From a virus (lineage: Duplodnaviria > Caudoviricetes): a stretch of DNA of 54,675 nt. Within the stretch, counting starts at the first letter, position 1, and every line of letters starts with the position of its first letter. Of this stretch, positions 16,930 through 29,714 are shown piece by piece. Made by a program: the position numbers and the translations under genes. The notes below the pieces were generated by a model. It did not search any database. It saw only the letters and a program-made list of their open reading frames with translations, and was not told where the DNA came from. Location: positions 1 to 54,675 of the IMG/VR virus record IMGVR_UViG_3300012348_000137. The stretch is one strand, 5' to 3'.

Positions 16930-18437
16930 CCTCCGTATTTCTTGGCCAACGCCGCGCTGTCTACCTTGCCGCCCTTCGCCAGAAGCGGGATGTCGCCCTT
17001 CAGATACATGTCGAGCACGCGCTCGGGGTCCATGCCGAGAGCGTCGGCGGTATACCGAACGCGCGCCTCGACCGTCTCCAGAAACGGCTCGGCCGCCGAG
17101 CCCAGACCGGTCTGTTCGCCGCCACCAAGCCACATAGAAGCCTGATACTGCGCCGGCGAGATGCCCATCTTTTTGGCCTGATCTTGCTGCCACGCCTCGT
17201 AGTAACCGTACTCGTTGTCCTTGGGCTTGGCGTCCCAAAACGCTGGGCGGTCGATCAGTTGGTCCAACGACATCTCGCCGCTCTTGAGCATCTCCTGCGG
17301 GCGGTACGGCGCGGCACCTTTTTCCGGCACGATAGACGTCGCGAGGAAGCGAGGATCTTGCGCCAAGATGCCCGGCAGGCGGAAATTGTGCGTGTCGATG
17401 GTGACGTTCCGCTGGTTGCCCTGCAAGTTGGTGGAGAACGACGCGGGCTTGGGGTTCTTGAACACGTCCCAGCCACCCATCCCCGCGACGTTTTGCACGT
17501 TCTGGGTGTGCAGTTTCTGGGCGACCGACCCGTAACCGGGTGCCGGCTTCTCGGGGATAGGCAAGCCCTTTGACAGCAGATAGTTGTAGTAGCTCGCGGT
17601 GCGGACGTTGTCCGGCACCCGCGCGCGCGGGCTCGTCGCGGCCACGATGTCCATGGCGCGTGCGTAGTTCGGGGCGACGTCTCCTGAAGGCATCAGAGAC
17701 CGCATCCGCTCCATCATGGGGTCGGTATTGTACCACTCGAGGCCGCCGCCCGCGATGCCGCGCTCGACGGTCTCGTTGATGCCTTTCTCGACTTCGGGGT
17801 TGGACAACGCTGACACAATGCGCTCCGACGGCCCGGGCGGCGGGTTGTAGCGAGGCATCTGGGTTTGGGGCACGTCCGGCACGGCGCTGAGATTGCTGTA
17901 ATCGAACAGCTTGCCACGCTCTGGGTTTTTGACACGGAACTCTGCGTAAGAGCCGCGCCCCTTCGAAGGCTTGGCGGCCTCGCGGAGCACGTCGGCCGCT
18001 GTGGCTTCAGGCGTGCCTGAGCGGGCAGACAGGATGGCAGGCGCTTCAGCAAGCAGCGCCTTCTCTGCCGTCTTGGCACCCTTCTTGACAGGCCCCGGCA
18101 GCGGCAACGCAGCCATGGCCAGTGTGGCCGCCGCCTCACCGCGCTTACCTTCTCGGGCAGAGAGAGCGGCCTCGTTGCCCATAAACGCAGCGCCGGCAGG
18201 GGTGAAGTCCATGACCTGCATCAGTCGCTCGGCGTTCTTGCGGCCGATGCGCACCGCCAGCTTATCCTTCAGCTGATCGCGCCACGACGCCTCGCGCCCC
18301 TCAATACGCCCTCGGCCGACCATGCCCGTCGGGTCGAGCAAGTCGGCGACATCGGCGCTGGGCGCGGTGTAGTCTGGCCGGCCACCGCGCTGCAGGCGCT
18401 GCGGCATCACGGCGAACGGGAAATCGGTGCTGCGCAT
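16926..18437 (-). CDS. putative ejected cargo protein with HhH-GPD glycosylase-like domain
   Basis: Last gene of the translationally coupled ejection operon; WY..AATSP..N..A..K..F..NL..VTIDTHNFR..QASMW. Confidence 0.65.
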   Translation of the reverse strand: MRSTDFPFAVMPQRLQRGGRPDYTAPSADVADLLDPTGMVGRGRIEGREASWRDQLKDKLAVRIGRKNAERLMQVMDFTPAGAAFMGNEAALSAREGKRGEAAATLAMAALPLPGPVKKGAKTAEKALLAEAPAILSARSGTPEATAADVLREAAKPSKGRGSYAEFRVKNPERGKLFDYSNLSAVPDVPQTQMPRYNPPPGPSERIVSALSNPEVEKGINETVERGIAGGGLEWYNTDPMMERMRSLMPSGDVAPNYARAMDIVAATSPRARVPDNVRTASYYNYLLSKGLPIPEKPAPGYGSVAQKLHTQNVQNVAGMGGWDVFKNPKPASFSTNLQGNQRNVTIDTHNFRLPGILAQDPRFLATSIVPEKGAAPYRPQEMLKSGEMSLDQLIDRPAFWDAKPKDNEYGYYEAWQQDQAKKMGISPAQYQASMWLGGGEQTGLGSAAEPFLETVEARVRYTADALGMDPERVLDMYLKGDIPLLAKGGKVDSAALAKKYGG

Positions 18438-20662
18438 TATTGGGGTATCCTCGGCATGGTGGAGAGGCCGTCGCGGATTGACGGGATTTCCAGCTCGAAG
18501 TCTTCTTCCTCCTCGCGCTCCGTCTCAGGCGACGGCGCGATGGTACGCGCACCGGCGGTGCCGGCCTGTGTGGCGCGACCCTCGAAGGCTCGCTCGCGCT
18601 TCGCACGTGCCGGGGCGGCGCGCTCCAGCTGCTGCAGCACAGCCTCCGCCTCCTGCGGCGTGGACGTGTTCAGCATCTTGGACAGCTGGCTGTAGGTCGA
18701 GCGCGACACGTTGGCGTTGCGCATGTCGCCGAGGATCTGCGCCGTGCGGCGGAACAGGTTGCCGGGCGTCGGATTGAGCATCATGTCGACAGCGGGCGAG
18801 ATCTCGCCGCCGGCGATGGCGTTTTCGACTGCCCGCGCCTCGGCACTGCGCTCGAACGTCTGGCTCCCGGTCATGACGCGACTGGATTGCTCGAACAGGT
18901 CGGCCTCGCGGCGCAATGACGCCTCCAGCACCTTGAACTCGTCCGGCGGCGTCAGGACGCGCAGCTTGTTGCGCAGGTTGTCGTTGTTGATAATCTCACG
19001 CGCGAAGTTGCGACGCTGCGAGCTGTCCTCAAAGCGCTGCATCAGGTTCTGCATGAAGCCCGTGGTGAGCGCGGCCTGCTCGCCGTCGGACGCCTCACGC
19101 GCCGTCTTGGCGACCTCTTGCCAGCGCAGCTTGTTGCCTGCGGCTTGGCGGCCGAGCTCCAGAGCGTCGCGGATCTCGATGTCGCCCTTGTACTGCGCGC
19201 GGGCAGCTTTGTATTCGGACGGCCCCACCTGATCGAGGCGGTTCACGAAGGCGTCTCGCACCTGCCGCAGGGCCGTGGCGTCGCCGCCCTGCCCGCTGGC
19301 GTACAGGCCGCTGATGCGACGGTCGAGCGCTTGCTTGATCTGATCGAGCGAACGCAGGTCGGGGATCTTCTTGCCCGTTGGGTCAATGCCGACGAGGGCG
19401 CCTTCAGCGTCGAGCCTCGGGGTGAACAGCTCCGACATGGCGTACTCAGCGGGGTCTTCACCTCGCAGTGCCGCCGCCTGCATTTCGCGCTGTGAGTTCC
19501 TCACGGCGTCCACGTAGGCTGCTTGGATGTCCGGCGAGTCGAGCGCCTTCATAATGCGCGGGTCGCGGATCTCCGGCGCGGCGGCGTACGCGGCCCTATA
19601 AAGCTGGTTGGCGTTCCGGCGCAGCGTGCCGGTGACCTGATCTATCGACGCGAAGTAGTCCGGCGTGGGCAGCGCAGTGCGCAACGCCTGCTGCGCCCGG
19701 CCCGGCGCGCCGGCCTGCTGCCGAGCGATGGTTTCGGCCAGCGCCTCGCGCCCTTCGGACGGGGCGCGCAGCACGACGTCAGCCAGTCGGCCAATCTCAG
19801 GCGTGGCAGTAGCCAGCGTCGTCGGCGCGCCGAGGGCTGCGTCGTCGGCCAGCTGCTGGCGAAGCGCGGCCGGGTCTTCCACGCGGCCTGCAAGGATGTC
19901 AGCGGCTGCGTCTTCTGCGTTCGCGCCCGTATCGGCCCGCGCGGCGCGCACGTCCCGAGCGAACTGCCCGGCACGCCCTGCACCGTACATGCCCGCGCCC
20001 AGCCCGGCACCGAGCGCGCCGCCGGCCAAGCCCATCGTGAAACGCTCTCCCGCGTTCTCGCCGGCACCGACGCCGGAGATGGCACCCTGCGCGGCACCGC
20101 TGGCGGCCGTGCGCGCCAGTGGCGACGCCAGCTTGCCGATGCCTGTAGCGGCACGCAAGGCCTGCCCGGCGACGCCCGCGCCGGGAATGAACATCGATCC
20201 AATGCCGCCGGCCATGTTCAGGCCCATGGCCGCAGCGGGCTGCTCTTGGCCAAAGCGGGCACGGCTCTGGCGGATCTCGCGCACGATCTCGTCGAAGCTC
20301 TTGTTCGAGAACGGCGCGCGTGCGGCCGCCTCGGCTTCGTCGGCGAACTCAAACATTGCGCCGCCAGCCAGCTCGCGTGCGCCGCCGGCAACAAGCTCGC
20401 CAGTGCTGAGCGGTTCCTGCGGTGCCGCGACATTAGGCGGCGCGCCCGGATCCGCAGGCGGCTCTGTGGCCTTTAGCATCGTGTCGAGGTCACGGTCGTC
20501 GAGCGTCTGCAGCTCGCTCTCCATGGCATCGTACTGCCCGAGGATGGCATCGAGCTCGTCGTCCGACAGCGCCTCGATCTCGGCCGGAGTGTTGATGGTG
20601 ACGCGCAGCGCACCCGTCTTCGGGTTGAACTGGTCACCGGGCGCGCGAGGATTGAGCGCCAT
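18437..20662 (-). CDS. internal virion/DNA ejection protein
   Basis: FEFADEAEA, Gly/Ala-rich membrane-like segment, long helical body; synteny after tail genes. Confidence 0.7.
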   Translation of the reverse strand: MALNPRAPGDQFNPKTGALRVTINTPAEIEALSDDELDAILGQYDAMESELQTLDDRDLDTMLKATEPPADPGAPPNVAAPQEPLSTGELVAGGARELAGGAMFEFADEAEAAARAPFSNKSFDEIVREIRQSRARFGQEQPAAAMGLNMAGGIGSMFIPGAGVAGQALRAATGIGKLASPLARTAASGAAQGAISGVGAGENAGERFTMGLAGGALGAGLGAGMYGAGRAGQFARDVRAARADTGANAEDAAADILAGRVEDPAALRQQLADDAALGAPTTLATATPEIGRLADVVLRAPSEGREALAETIARQQAGAPGRAQQALRTALPTPDYFASIDQVTGTLRRNANQLYRAAYAAAPEIRDPRIMKALDSPDIQAAYVDAVRNSQREMQAAALRGEDPAEYAMSELFTPRLDAEGALVGIDPTGKKIPDLRSLDQIKQALDRRISGLYASGQGGDATALRQVRDAFVNRLDQVGPSEYKAARAQYKGDIEIRDALELGRQAAGNKLRWQEVAKTAREASDGEQAALTTGFMQNLMQRFEDSSQRRNFAREIINNDNLRNKLRVLTPPDEFKVLEASLRREADLFEQSSRVMTGSQTFERSAEARAVENAIAGGEISPAVDMMLNPTPGNLFRRTAQILGDMRNANVSRSTYSQLSKMLNTSTPQEAEAVLQQLERAAPARAKRERAFEGRATQAGTAGARTIAPSPETEREEEEDFELEIPSIRDGLSTMPRIPQ

Positions 20663-21384
20663 TACTGTCCCCCTGCCTTCAGTGCGGCGCGGCGCTGCTT
20701 TTCGGCCATCAGCATGTCGCGGGAGTACGGCACAGGCTGAATGTTGGCGGTCTTCTGCGTGCGGTCGTAGCCGCGCTTGATGACGTCGAGATACGCCTGC
20801 ATATTCTTCTTGAACTGCTCCTCGCTGACCGACGTGTCGAGGTTGGCAAGCGCCTGCGTAGCGGCCTTGCCTTCTGCCTCAGTGATGGCGCCGGCGCCCT
20901 TGAGAGACTCAAACGCCTGCACAAAGGCTTGCGCCTTTGTGTTGTCGAGGCGGCTGGTGAAGTCGCGGGCACGTGAGCCGGGGAAGGTGCCGAGCGGCCC
21001 GAAGCCTCCCTTGAACGGGTTAGGCGCGCCGACAGTTGCCTCGAAGCCGGGGTGCTCAACAAGCTCGCGCCCGGCCGAGAACGCCATCTCGGCCTGATCG
21101 GCAAGCGTCGGCAGTTTGGTGCGTGCGGTCACAGCGGCGTTAGTCAGGGCCTCGCCTGACTTAAGCACGGACTGCTCGCGCAGCTTCTGCCCGATGTTCT
21201 TCGGCCCTTCCGGCAACGGCTTGGCCTCCTCGCGCTCCAAGCGGCGCCGTTCAAGGTCAAGGCGCTGGCGGTCTGCGTCCCTGCGGGCATACTCAGACTG
21301 AAGCTCAGATAGCGTCTTCTGCTCGCGCAGTGTGGGCTGAGCGGGGGCAGATCGTTTGTCGAAACGGTCGTAAGGGTTGTCCAT
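20662..21384 (-). CDS. internal virion/DNA ejection protein
   Basis: NPYDRFD start; AFESLKGAGAITEAEGKAAT motif typical of podovirus ejection proteins. Confidence 0.7.
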   Translation of the reverse strand: MDNPYDRFDKRSAPAQPTLREQKTLSELQSEYARRDADRQRLDLERRRLEREEAKPLPEGPKNIGQKLREQSVLKSGEALTNAAVTARTKLPTLADQAEMAFSAGRELVEHPGFEATVGAPNPFKGGFGPLGTFPGSRARDFTSRLDNTKAQAFVQAFESLKGAGAITEAEGKAATQALANLDTSVSEEQFKKNMQAYLDVIKRGYDRTQKTANIQPVPYSRDMLMAEKQRRAALKAGGQ

Positions 21385-22052
21385 TATCGCCCTCCGAGGT
21401 ACTGCGCCGATGCGCCCGCGCCGTATTTGGCATCGAAGGCGGCGGCGGTTTGGGGATTAGCTTTAAGATACGCCACCGCTTCTGCAGGCGCGCCCTGCGC
21501 AGGCGGCTCAACCACCGCGCCGGTGTCAAGGTCATAGATGCGGCCGTCCACCGGGCTGATTGCGGTGCGCCGGGCGGCCGGCTTGTTCAGACGCGCCTGC
21601 GCCGCCTTCGCCGCTTCCGTCCGACTGTAAGTCTGGCCGGCTTGGTCGGCAGCGGAGGTCAGCATGCGCAGCCGCTTGTCTTCGATGTCCATGCCGTACT
21701 TCTCGAGCAGCATCTGCTTCTCTTCTTCAGCGCTGCGCCTGCCCGAGGCCTGCTTCAAGAGCGCGCCTGACAGGTTGCCCATAGTCTCGCCGAAAGAGCC
21801 GGTGCGCGTGGGCTGCCCGAGGGCGGCGGCAATGGCGAGCAACTGTTCAGCATCAGAAGGACCCACGCGCTGCTGGCGGATACGGTTCCGCGCGGCGTTG
21901 AGCAGATCGAGGTTCTGCTGATTGCCCTGCGCGACGAGCGCCTGCGCCTGCTGCCAAGCCGCCAGACCATCCGGCGAGCCAGCAGAAGGCACAGCACCCA
22001 ATCCGCCCATGGCGGTATCGGCGTAGAGTTCGTCTTCGTCGTCTTCAAACAT
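21384..22052 (-). CDS. internal virion protein
   Basis: Helical; C-terminal AVAYLKANP....FDAKYG. Confidence 0.65.
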   Translation of the reverse strand: MFEDDEDELYADTAMGGLGAVPSAGSPDGLAAWQQAQALVAQGNQQNLDLLNAARNRIRQQRVGPSDAEQLLAIAAALGQPTRTGSFGETMGNLSGALLKQASGRRSAEEEKQMLLEKYGMDIEDKRLRMLTSAADQAGQTYSRTEAAKAAQARLNKPAARRTAISPVDGRIYDLDTGAVVEPPAQGAPAEAVAYLKANPQTAAAFDAKYGAGASAQYLGGR

Positions 22053-22058
22053 AGGACA

Positions 22059-25030
22059 TCACCCAAACAGGCCGAGCTTCTGGAGCGCCGCAATCGTCGC
22101 GGCCGTGCTGCCGGCGGTGGCCAGCGGCGACGGCTGCGAGCCGGGGAACTCGATGCCTTCTTTCGTCTTGGCAATCGGCACGCCCGGCGCGACGCCCTTG
22201 AAGGTCTCGAGCATAGCGTTGATCTGCTCTTGCGGGTAGCCCTGCTGCCGCAGGAAGTCTTCGCGAGCTGCGTCGAGGTTGCGCTGATCCAGAGTCTGCT
22301 GCTGCGTGCCAATCTGGTTGAGCGCTCCGGCACCGGTCAGTGCCGCCGTCTGGCGCTGGCTGGAGAGGCCGCCAAGCTGTTCGGCGGCACGAAGCTGCGC
22401 CGAGGTGTCTGCGCCGTACAGAGAGCCTGCGTCGCGGCCGAGGCTGGCGAGTAGCTGCTGCTGCGACGTCGTGAGAGCGCCCTGCGTCTGGCCCACGTCA
22501 GCGAGACCGCGACCGGCGTTGGCCAGCGCCTGCTGCTGACCCGCGCCAAGGCCTCCCGCCGCCTGACCGATGTCGGCCAGAGCGTTGCCCGCGCCGAGCT
22601 GCAGCTGCTGCTGGCCCGCGCCAAGCGCACCCAACGCCTGACCGGCGTCGCCCACCTGACGCGCCGCCGCAAGCTGAGCCTGCTGCTGCGACGTGCCAAG
22701 ACCGCCGGCGATCTGGCCGATGTCGGCGAGGCCGCGTCCGGACGTAGCCAGAGCCTGTTGCTGCGCCGTGCCGAGCTGACCCAGCGTGCCACCAATGTCG
22801 GCGATGCGCCCGGCCGCGCCGAGCTCTGCCTGCTGCTGCGCAGTGCCGAGGGCACCAGCAGCCTGACCGATGTCGGCAACGCCGCGCGCCGCATTGGCCA
22901 GAGCCTGTTGCTGGGCGGTCCCGAGCTGGCCGAGGGTGCCGCCAATGTCGGCGATACGGCCGGCCGCCGCGAGTTCTGCCTGCTGTTGCGCGGTACCGAG
23001 CTGACCAATCGCCTGCCCGACGTCCGCCGCGCCACGGCCAGCAGCGAGCTGAGCCGCCTGCTGCGCCGTCCCGAGCTGGCCGAGTGTCCCGCCGATGTCC
23101 GCGATGCGGCCGGCGGCGGCAAGTTCTGCCTGCTGCTGTGCGGTGCCCAGAGCGCCGCTGGCCTGACCAATGTCCGCCAGAGCGCGACCGGCACCAAGCT
23201 GGGCCTGCTGCTGTGCCGTGCCGAGACCACCAAGAGCCTGACCGATGTCGGCGATGCGGCTGGCGGCAGCGAGCTGGGCCTGTTGATCGGCGGTGCCCAG
23301 AGCACCACGAGCCTGCGCCACGTCGGCGAGGCCGCGACCGGCGGCAAGCTGGGCCTGCTGCTGCGCCGTGCCTAGGCCACCAAGGGCCTGACCGATGTCG
23401 GCGATGCGGCTGGCGGCAGCGAGCTGGGCCTGCTGCTGGGCACCGCCAAGGCTGCCTGCGGTCGACGCCAGCTGGGCACGGCGAGCGAGATCCGCCTGTG
23501 CCGCTTGCTGCGCCTGACCGAAGCCGGACTGGAGCGCCGCAGACTGCTGAGCAGAGATGCCTTCCATCGTGTCGCGAATAGCGCGGCCGGTAATTTCGGC
23601 CTGCCGGCTGCCGCCGAACTGGCCGGCGCGGATCATCTCCGCCTCGATGCCCGGCAGCAACTGCTCGCGCAGGCTGCGCGTGCCAAGCTGGCCGATGCGG
23701 TTGACCACAGCGTCCTGAAACGGGTTCATGTACTGGCTGAGCAGGTCAGACGAGCCGCGAGCGGCCTCACTGATCAGCGGCTGCGCCATCTGGAGGCCGA
23801 GGGCGTTGGTGCTCTGCTCGGCGAGGCCAGTGCCGCGCTGCATGAGCGACTCGGCGCGGCCGGCTGCAGCCGGATCGGCGCTGCCGGCGATGCTTTGAGC
23901 GGCCTGCTGCAGCATCGGGTCTGCAAGAGATAGGCCGCCCTGACCGGCGCTCTGCTCGGCGAGCGCAGCGCCGCGCTGCAGGAAGGGCTGGCCCATCTGC
24001 AGGCCGAGGGCTTGCGTGCTGGCGTTTACGTTCTCTGCGCCCTGCTGCATGAACGGCTGTGCCGCCTGCATGCCCAGCGCGTCGGTGCTCTTGGTGGCGA
24101 GGCCTGCACCCTGTTGCAGGAGCGGCTGTGCCGCCTGCATGCCGAGCGGGTTGGCGCTGCTGGTGATCTGATTGAGGCCCTGCTGCAGGATGGGTGAAGC
24201 GAGCGATAGGCCGCCCTGATCCACGCTGCCGGCAGCCATCTGCATGCCCTGCTGCAGCGCCGGCTGTGCCGCCTCCATGCCGAGCGCCTGCGTGCTCGCG
24301 CCAAACTGCTGCGCGCCCTGCTGGAAGAAGGGCGACGCCATCTGGATGCCCATCGGCGTCATGCTGCCGGCGGCGGTGGCCGCGCCCTGCGCGAGCAACG
24401 GCGTGCCCATCTGCAGACCGAGCGCTTGGCCGCTTTGCGCAAGCTGGTCCGCGCCCTGCGCCAAGAACGGCGATGCCATCTGCATGGCGAGTGGATCAGT
24501 GCTCCCCGCCGCCATCTGCGCGCCCTGCTGGATTAGCGGCGAGCCCATCTGGATGGCGAGGGGACCGGCTGCTGCGCCAATCTGCTGAGTGCCCGCGTCA
24601 AAGTACGGCTGCGCGGCCTGCATGGCGAGCGGAGACGTGCTCGCGTTGAACATGTTCGTAGCGTTCTGCAGGTTGCCTGCAGCGGCACCCGTCGGCGACA
24701 TGCTGGCGGCGGCACCAAAGTACGGCTGAGCCGCGCCAAGTGACGAGCGGTTCAGCGTGCCCTGCGTGGCGGCCGACGCCGCGTTGAGCTCGGGCTGAAA
24801 CGAGAAAGCACCTTGGCGCGTAGCCTCAAATGCGGCCTGCTGATCAGGCGTGAACTCTGCAATAGGAGGGCTTGGGGCCGTCGTGTACGGGCGCTGCGCC
24901 AAGGCCTGCTGGCCGGCGAGCATGTCCATGGCGTAGTTGCTGTACCACTCGGGCAGGATCGTCTGCTCGGTGGTCGAGACGGGAACGCCCTGCACGGGTT
25001 TCCCCTCTGTCAGGAAATCCAAAACGCCCA

Positions 25031-25031
<1 letters not shown>
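22059..25031 (-). CDS. pilot/ejection protein with two tandem-repeat arms
   Basis: LPEWY, TPDQQAAF, YMNPF, GQFGGSR core; Q/A/G-rich repeats. Confidence 0.75.
22464..23438 (-). repeat. 13 x 75-bp (25-aa) coding tandem repeat
   Basis: Unit QQQAQLAAAxRIADIGQxLGxLGTA, with largely alternating A/B variants. Confidence 0.9.
23745..24641 (-). repeat. 13 x 69-bp (23-aa) coding tandem repeat
   Basis: Unit STxALGMQMAQPhLQQGAxxxAx. Confidence 0.9.
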
Positions 25032-27864
<2,833 letters not shown>

Positions 27865-27865
<1 letters not shown>

Positions 27866-28098
27866 TATCCGGGCCCTTCTAGCATCGGGTAGACGCGCAT
27901 CGCCCACTCGCGCCAATCATCAAATTGATATGGGTCCGGTATAACGCGCTGCGTAAAATCGGACGCGCGAACAAATCCTACGGCCCAGTTTTGCCAGTCG
28001 TCCTCGCTCGTCAGCGTGCCGAACGACCATGCGTCACCAACGGACAGTATAACCGAATCTGCCCAGTCTCGTAAAGACATGCCGCGCGGGTCGATCAT
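27865..28098 (-). CDS. small Trp-rich virion-module protein
   Basis: Coupled on both sides; PDPYQFDDWREWA. Confidence 0.7.
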
Positions 28099-29714
28099 CC
28101 GATTACCGTGCCGTCGCCGGGCTGTACGTGCGCCAGCACCAAGCCCATCTGGTAGTCGCCACCGATGGCGTTGCTCTCAAAACGGAAGCGCAGCTCGCGG
28201 CGCTGCGTCTTGAAGTACACAACCTGATCCTGCGGCGTAGGCGGCGTCTCGTAAATTGTCTTGACCTCGCTGGAGATCTCCGGGGCTTTGGCGTTGGCGC
28301 GCCCCGTAACCTGCATGGTCATGTCTCCGCTCTGCACAAAATCTGGTTCGATCATAAGCACTTGCAGGGCTTTGTTCTCTTGGCTCATCACCGGCAGCGA
28401 CATGTCGGCCGTCTCGAAATAGCTGCGCACGGGCTGGATGTTCAGGCCGTCGATCTCGTCCGCGCCGACCTCATGAATCCACAGCTTGTACAGCAGATCC
28501 TCGCTGTCCTCCGTGGCGCGCACGTTGCCATCCTCAGTGATGCGCGTGTCGCTCGCCTCGGTGACGCGGATCTCCTCGGGCCCGACGGTTGGCGTCACGC
28601 CGGTCATCAGCGGCTTCGGGAAGACGGTCGGCGACACGGCGGCGCTGCGGCCTTCGTTGGGCAGCTCGCAGTCGTACCACGTGTTCTCGCGGATGTTGTA
28701 GATGATGGCGTGCGACGGCTCCGTTGCCTCGCCACGCGGATAGCACCACCAGATCTCGCCATAGCGCGGCACCTTCATCGCGAACACCTTCTGGCGATAC
28801 TGCTGGTTCAGCCCGTCGAAGAAGTAGTTCAGGTTCAGGTTGTTAGGCACCTCGCGCACCACGCCGTTGAACGACAGGAAGCGGTCGGTGCCGATCCAGT
28901 AGAAGATGCCGTCATACTCGATGACCGTGTTGGCCCCGAGGATGGACGACTGGGTGCTGATGGTGTCGAACTGGAACAGCGCGTTGCCGCCGACAAACGA
29001 CGTGCGCACGATGGCGTCAGCGGACCAGAACAGGCCCGACGGCGCGTTACCCGGACCGCCACGCAAAGGCATGGCGCGCACGATCTTCTGGCCGGTGATG
29101 TTGGCCGAGCCGGACCCGAGGCTGGTGTAATCCGTAGGGTCGCCGGCGACAGACCACGCCACGTAGCCGTCGTTGCCGAAGATGAACGTGAACGGGTGCA
29201 GCACCACGACGCCGCCCGTCAGGCTGTAGCCCGTGGGCAGGTTCGTCACCTCCTGCAGCGGCGCGGTGCCAAGCAGGTCGCCGTAGAACAGCTGGCCGCC
29301 GTCGTTGTTGCAAATGCAGTCGAGGTTCGGCGCGACTTGCGCCACGATCTGATTGCCGCCCAGACCGGCTGCAGCCACCACGTCGAACTGCCACATGTTC
29401 AGCGGATCGACGGCGAGCGAGATCGGCGTCCTGTTAGTGATGATCGACGTGTTGAAGCTGTTGTCGATGTAGAAGCGCTCGACAAAGTTGGCAGAACCGC
29501 TGTGAATGTAGGTCAGGCTGTTCTGCGTGTACTCGTGCAGAGCCCGCCCCGGCTCGCGCAGGTATTTGCTGATCGAGCGGTAGCCACCCATCTTGCGCGG
29601 CAGTCCGCGCTGAAAGCGCACCCACTGCCCGTCGACATAGTTGTCGCCCTCAAAGCGCGTGCCGTCGCGCTTGATGCCCGGCTCTGAGCGTATCGGGACG
29701 ACGCGCTCGGCCAT
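28095..29714 (-). CDS. tail tube/nozzle protein (P22 gp10/T7 gp12-like)
   Basis: PGIKRDGT..DGQWVRF..K.GGY; EIWWCYP..IYN..ENTWY; beta-rich; TAATG start at 29714. Confidence 0.7.
   Translation of the reverse strand: MAERVVPIRSEPGIKRDGTRFEGDNYVDGQWVRFQRGLPRKMGGYRSISKYLREPGRALHEYTQNSLTYIHSGSANFVERFYIDNSFNTSIITNRTPISLAVDPLNMWQFDVVAAAGLGGNQIVAQVAPNLDCICNNDGGQLFYGDLLGTAPLQEVTNLPTGYSLTGGVVVLHPFTFIFGNDGYVAWSVAGDPTDYTSLGSGSANITGQKIVRAMPLRGGPGNAPSGLFWSADAIVRTSFVGGNALFQFDTISTQSSILGANTVIEYDGIFYWIGTDRFLSFNGVVREVPNNLNLNYFFDGLNQQYRQKVFAMKVPRYGEIWWCYPRGEATEPSHAIIYNIRENTWYDCELPNEGRSAAVSPTVFPKPLMTGVTPTVGPEEIRVTEASDTRITEDGNVRATEDSEDLLYKLWIHEVGADEIDGLNIQPVRSYFETADMSLPVMSQENKALQVLMIEPDFVQSGDMTMQVTGRANAKAPEISSEVKTIYETPPTPQDQVVYFKTQRRELRFRFESNAIGGDYQMGLVLAHVQPGDGTVIG

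Noticed and set aside
22464-24641. Regular repeats as a CRISPR array
   Set aside because: In-frame degenerate coding repeats with no unique spacers and no cas genes
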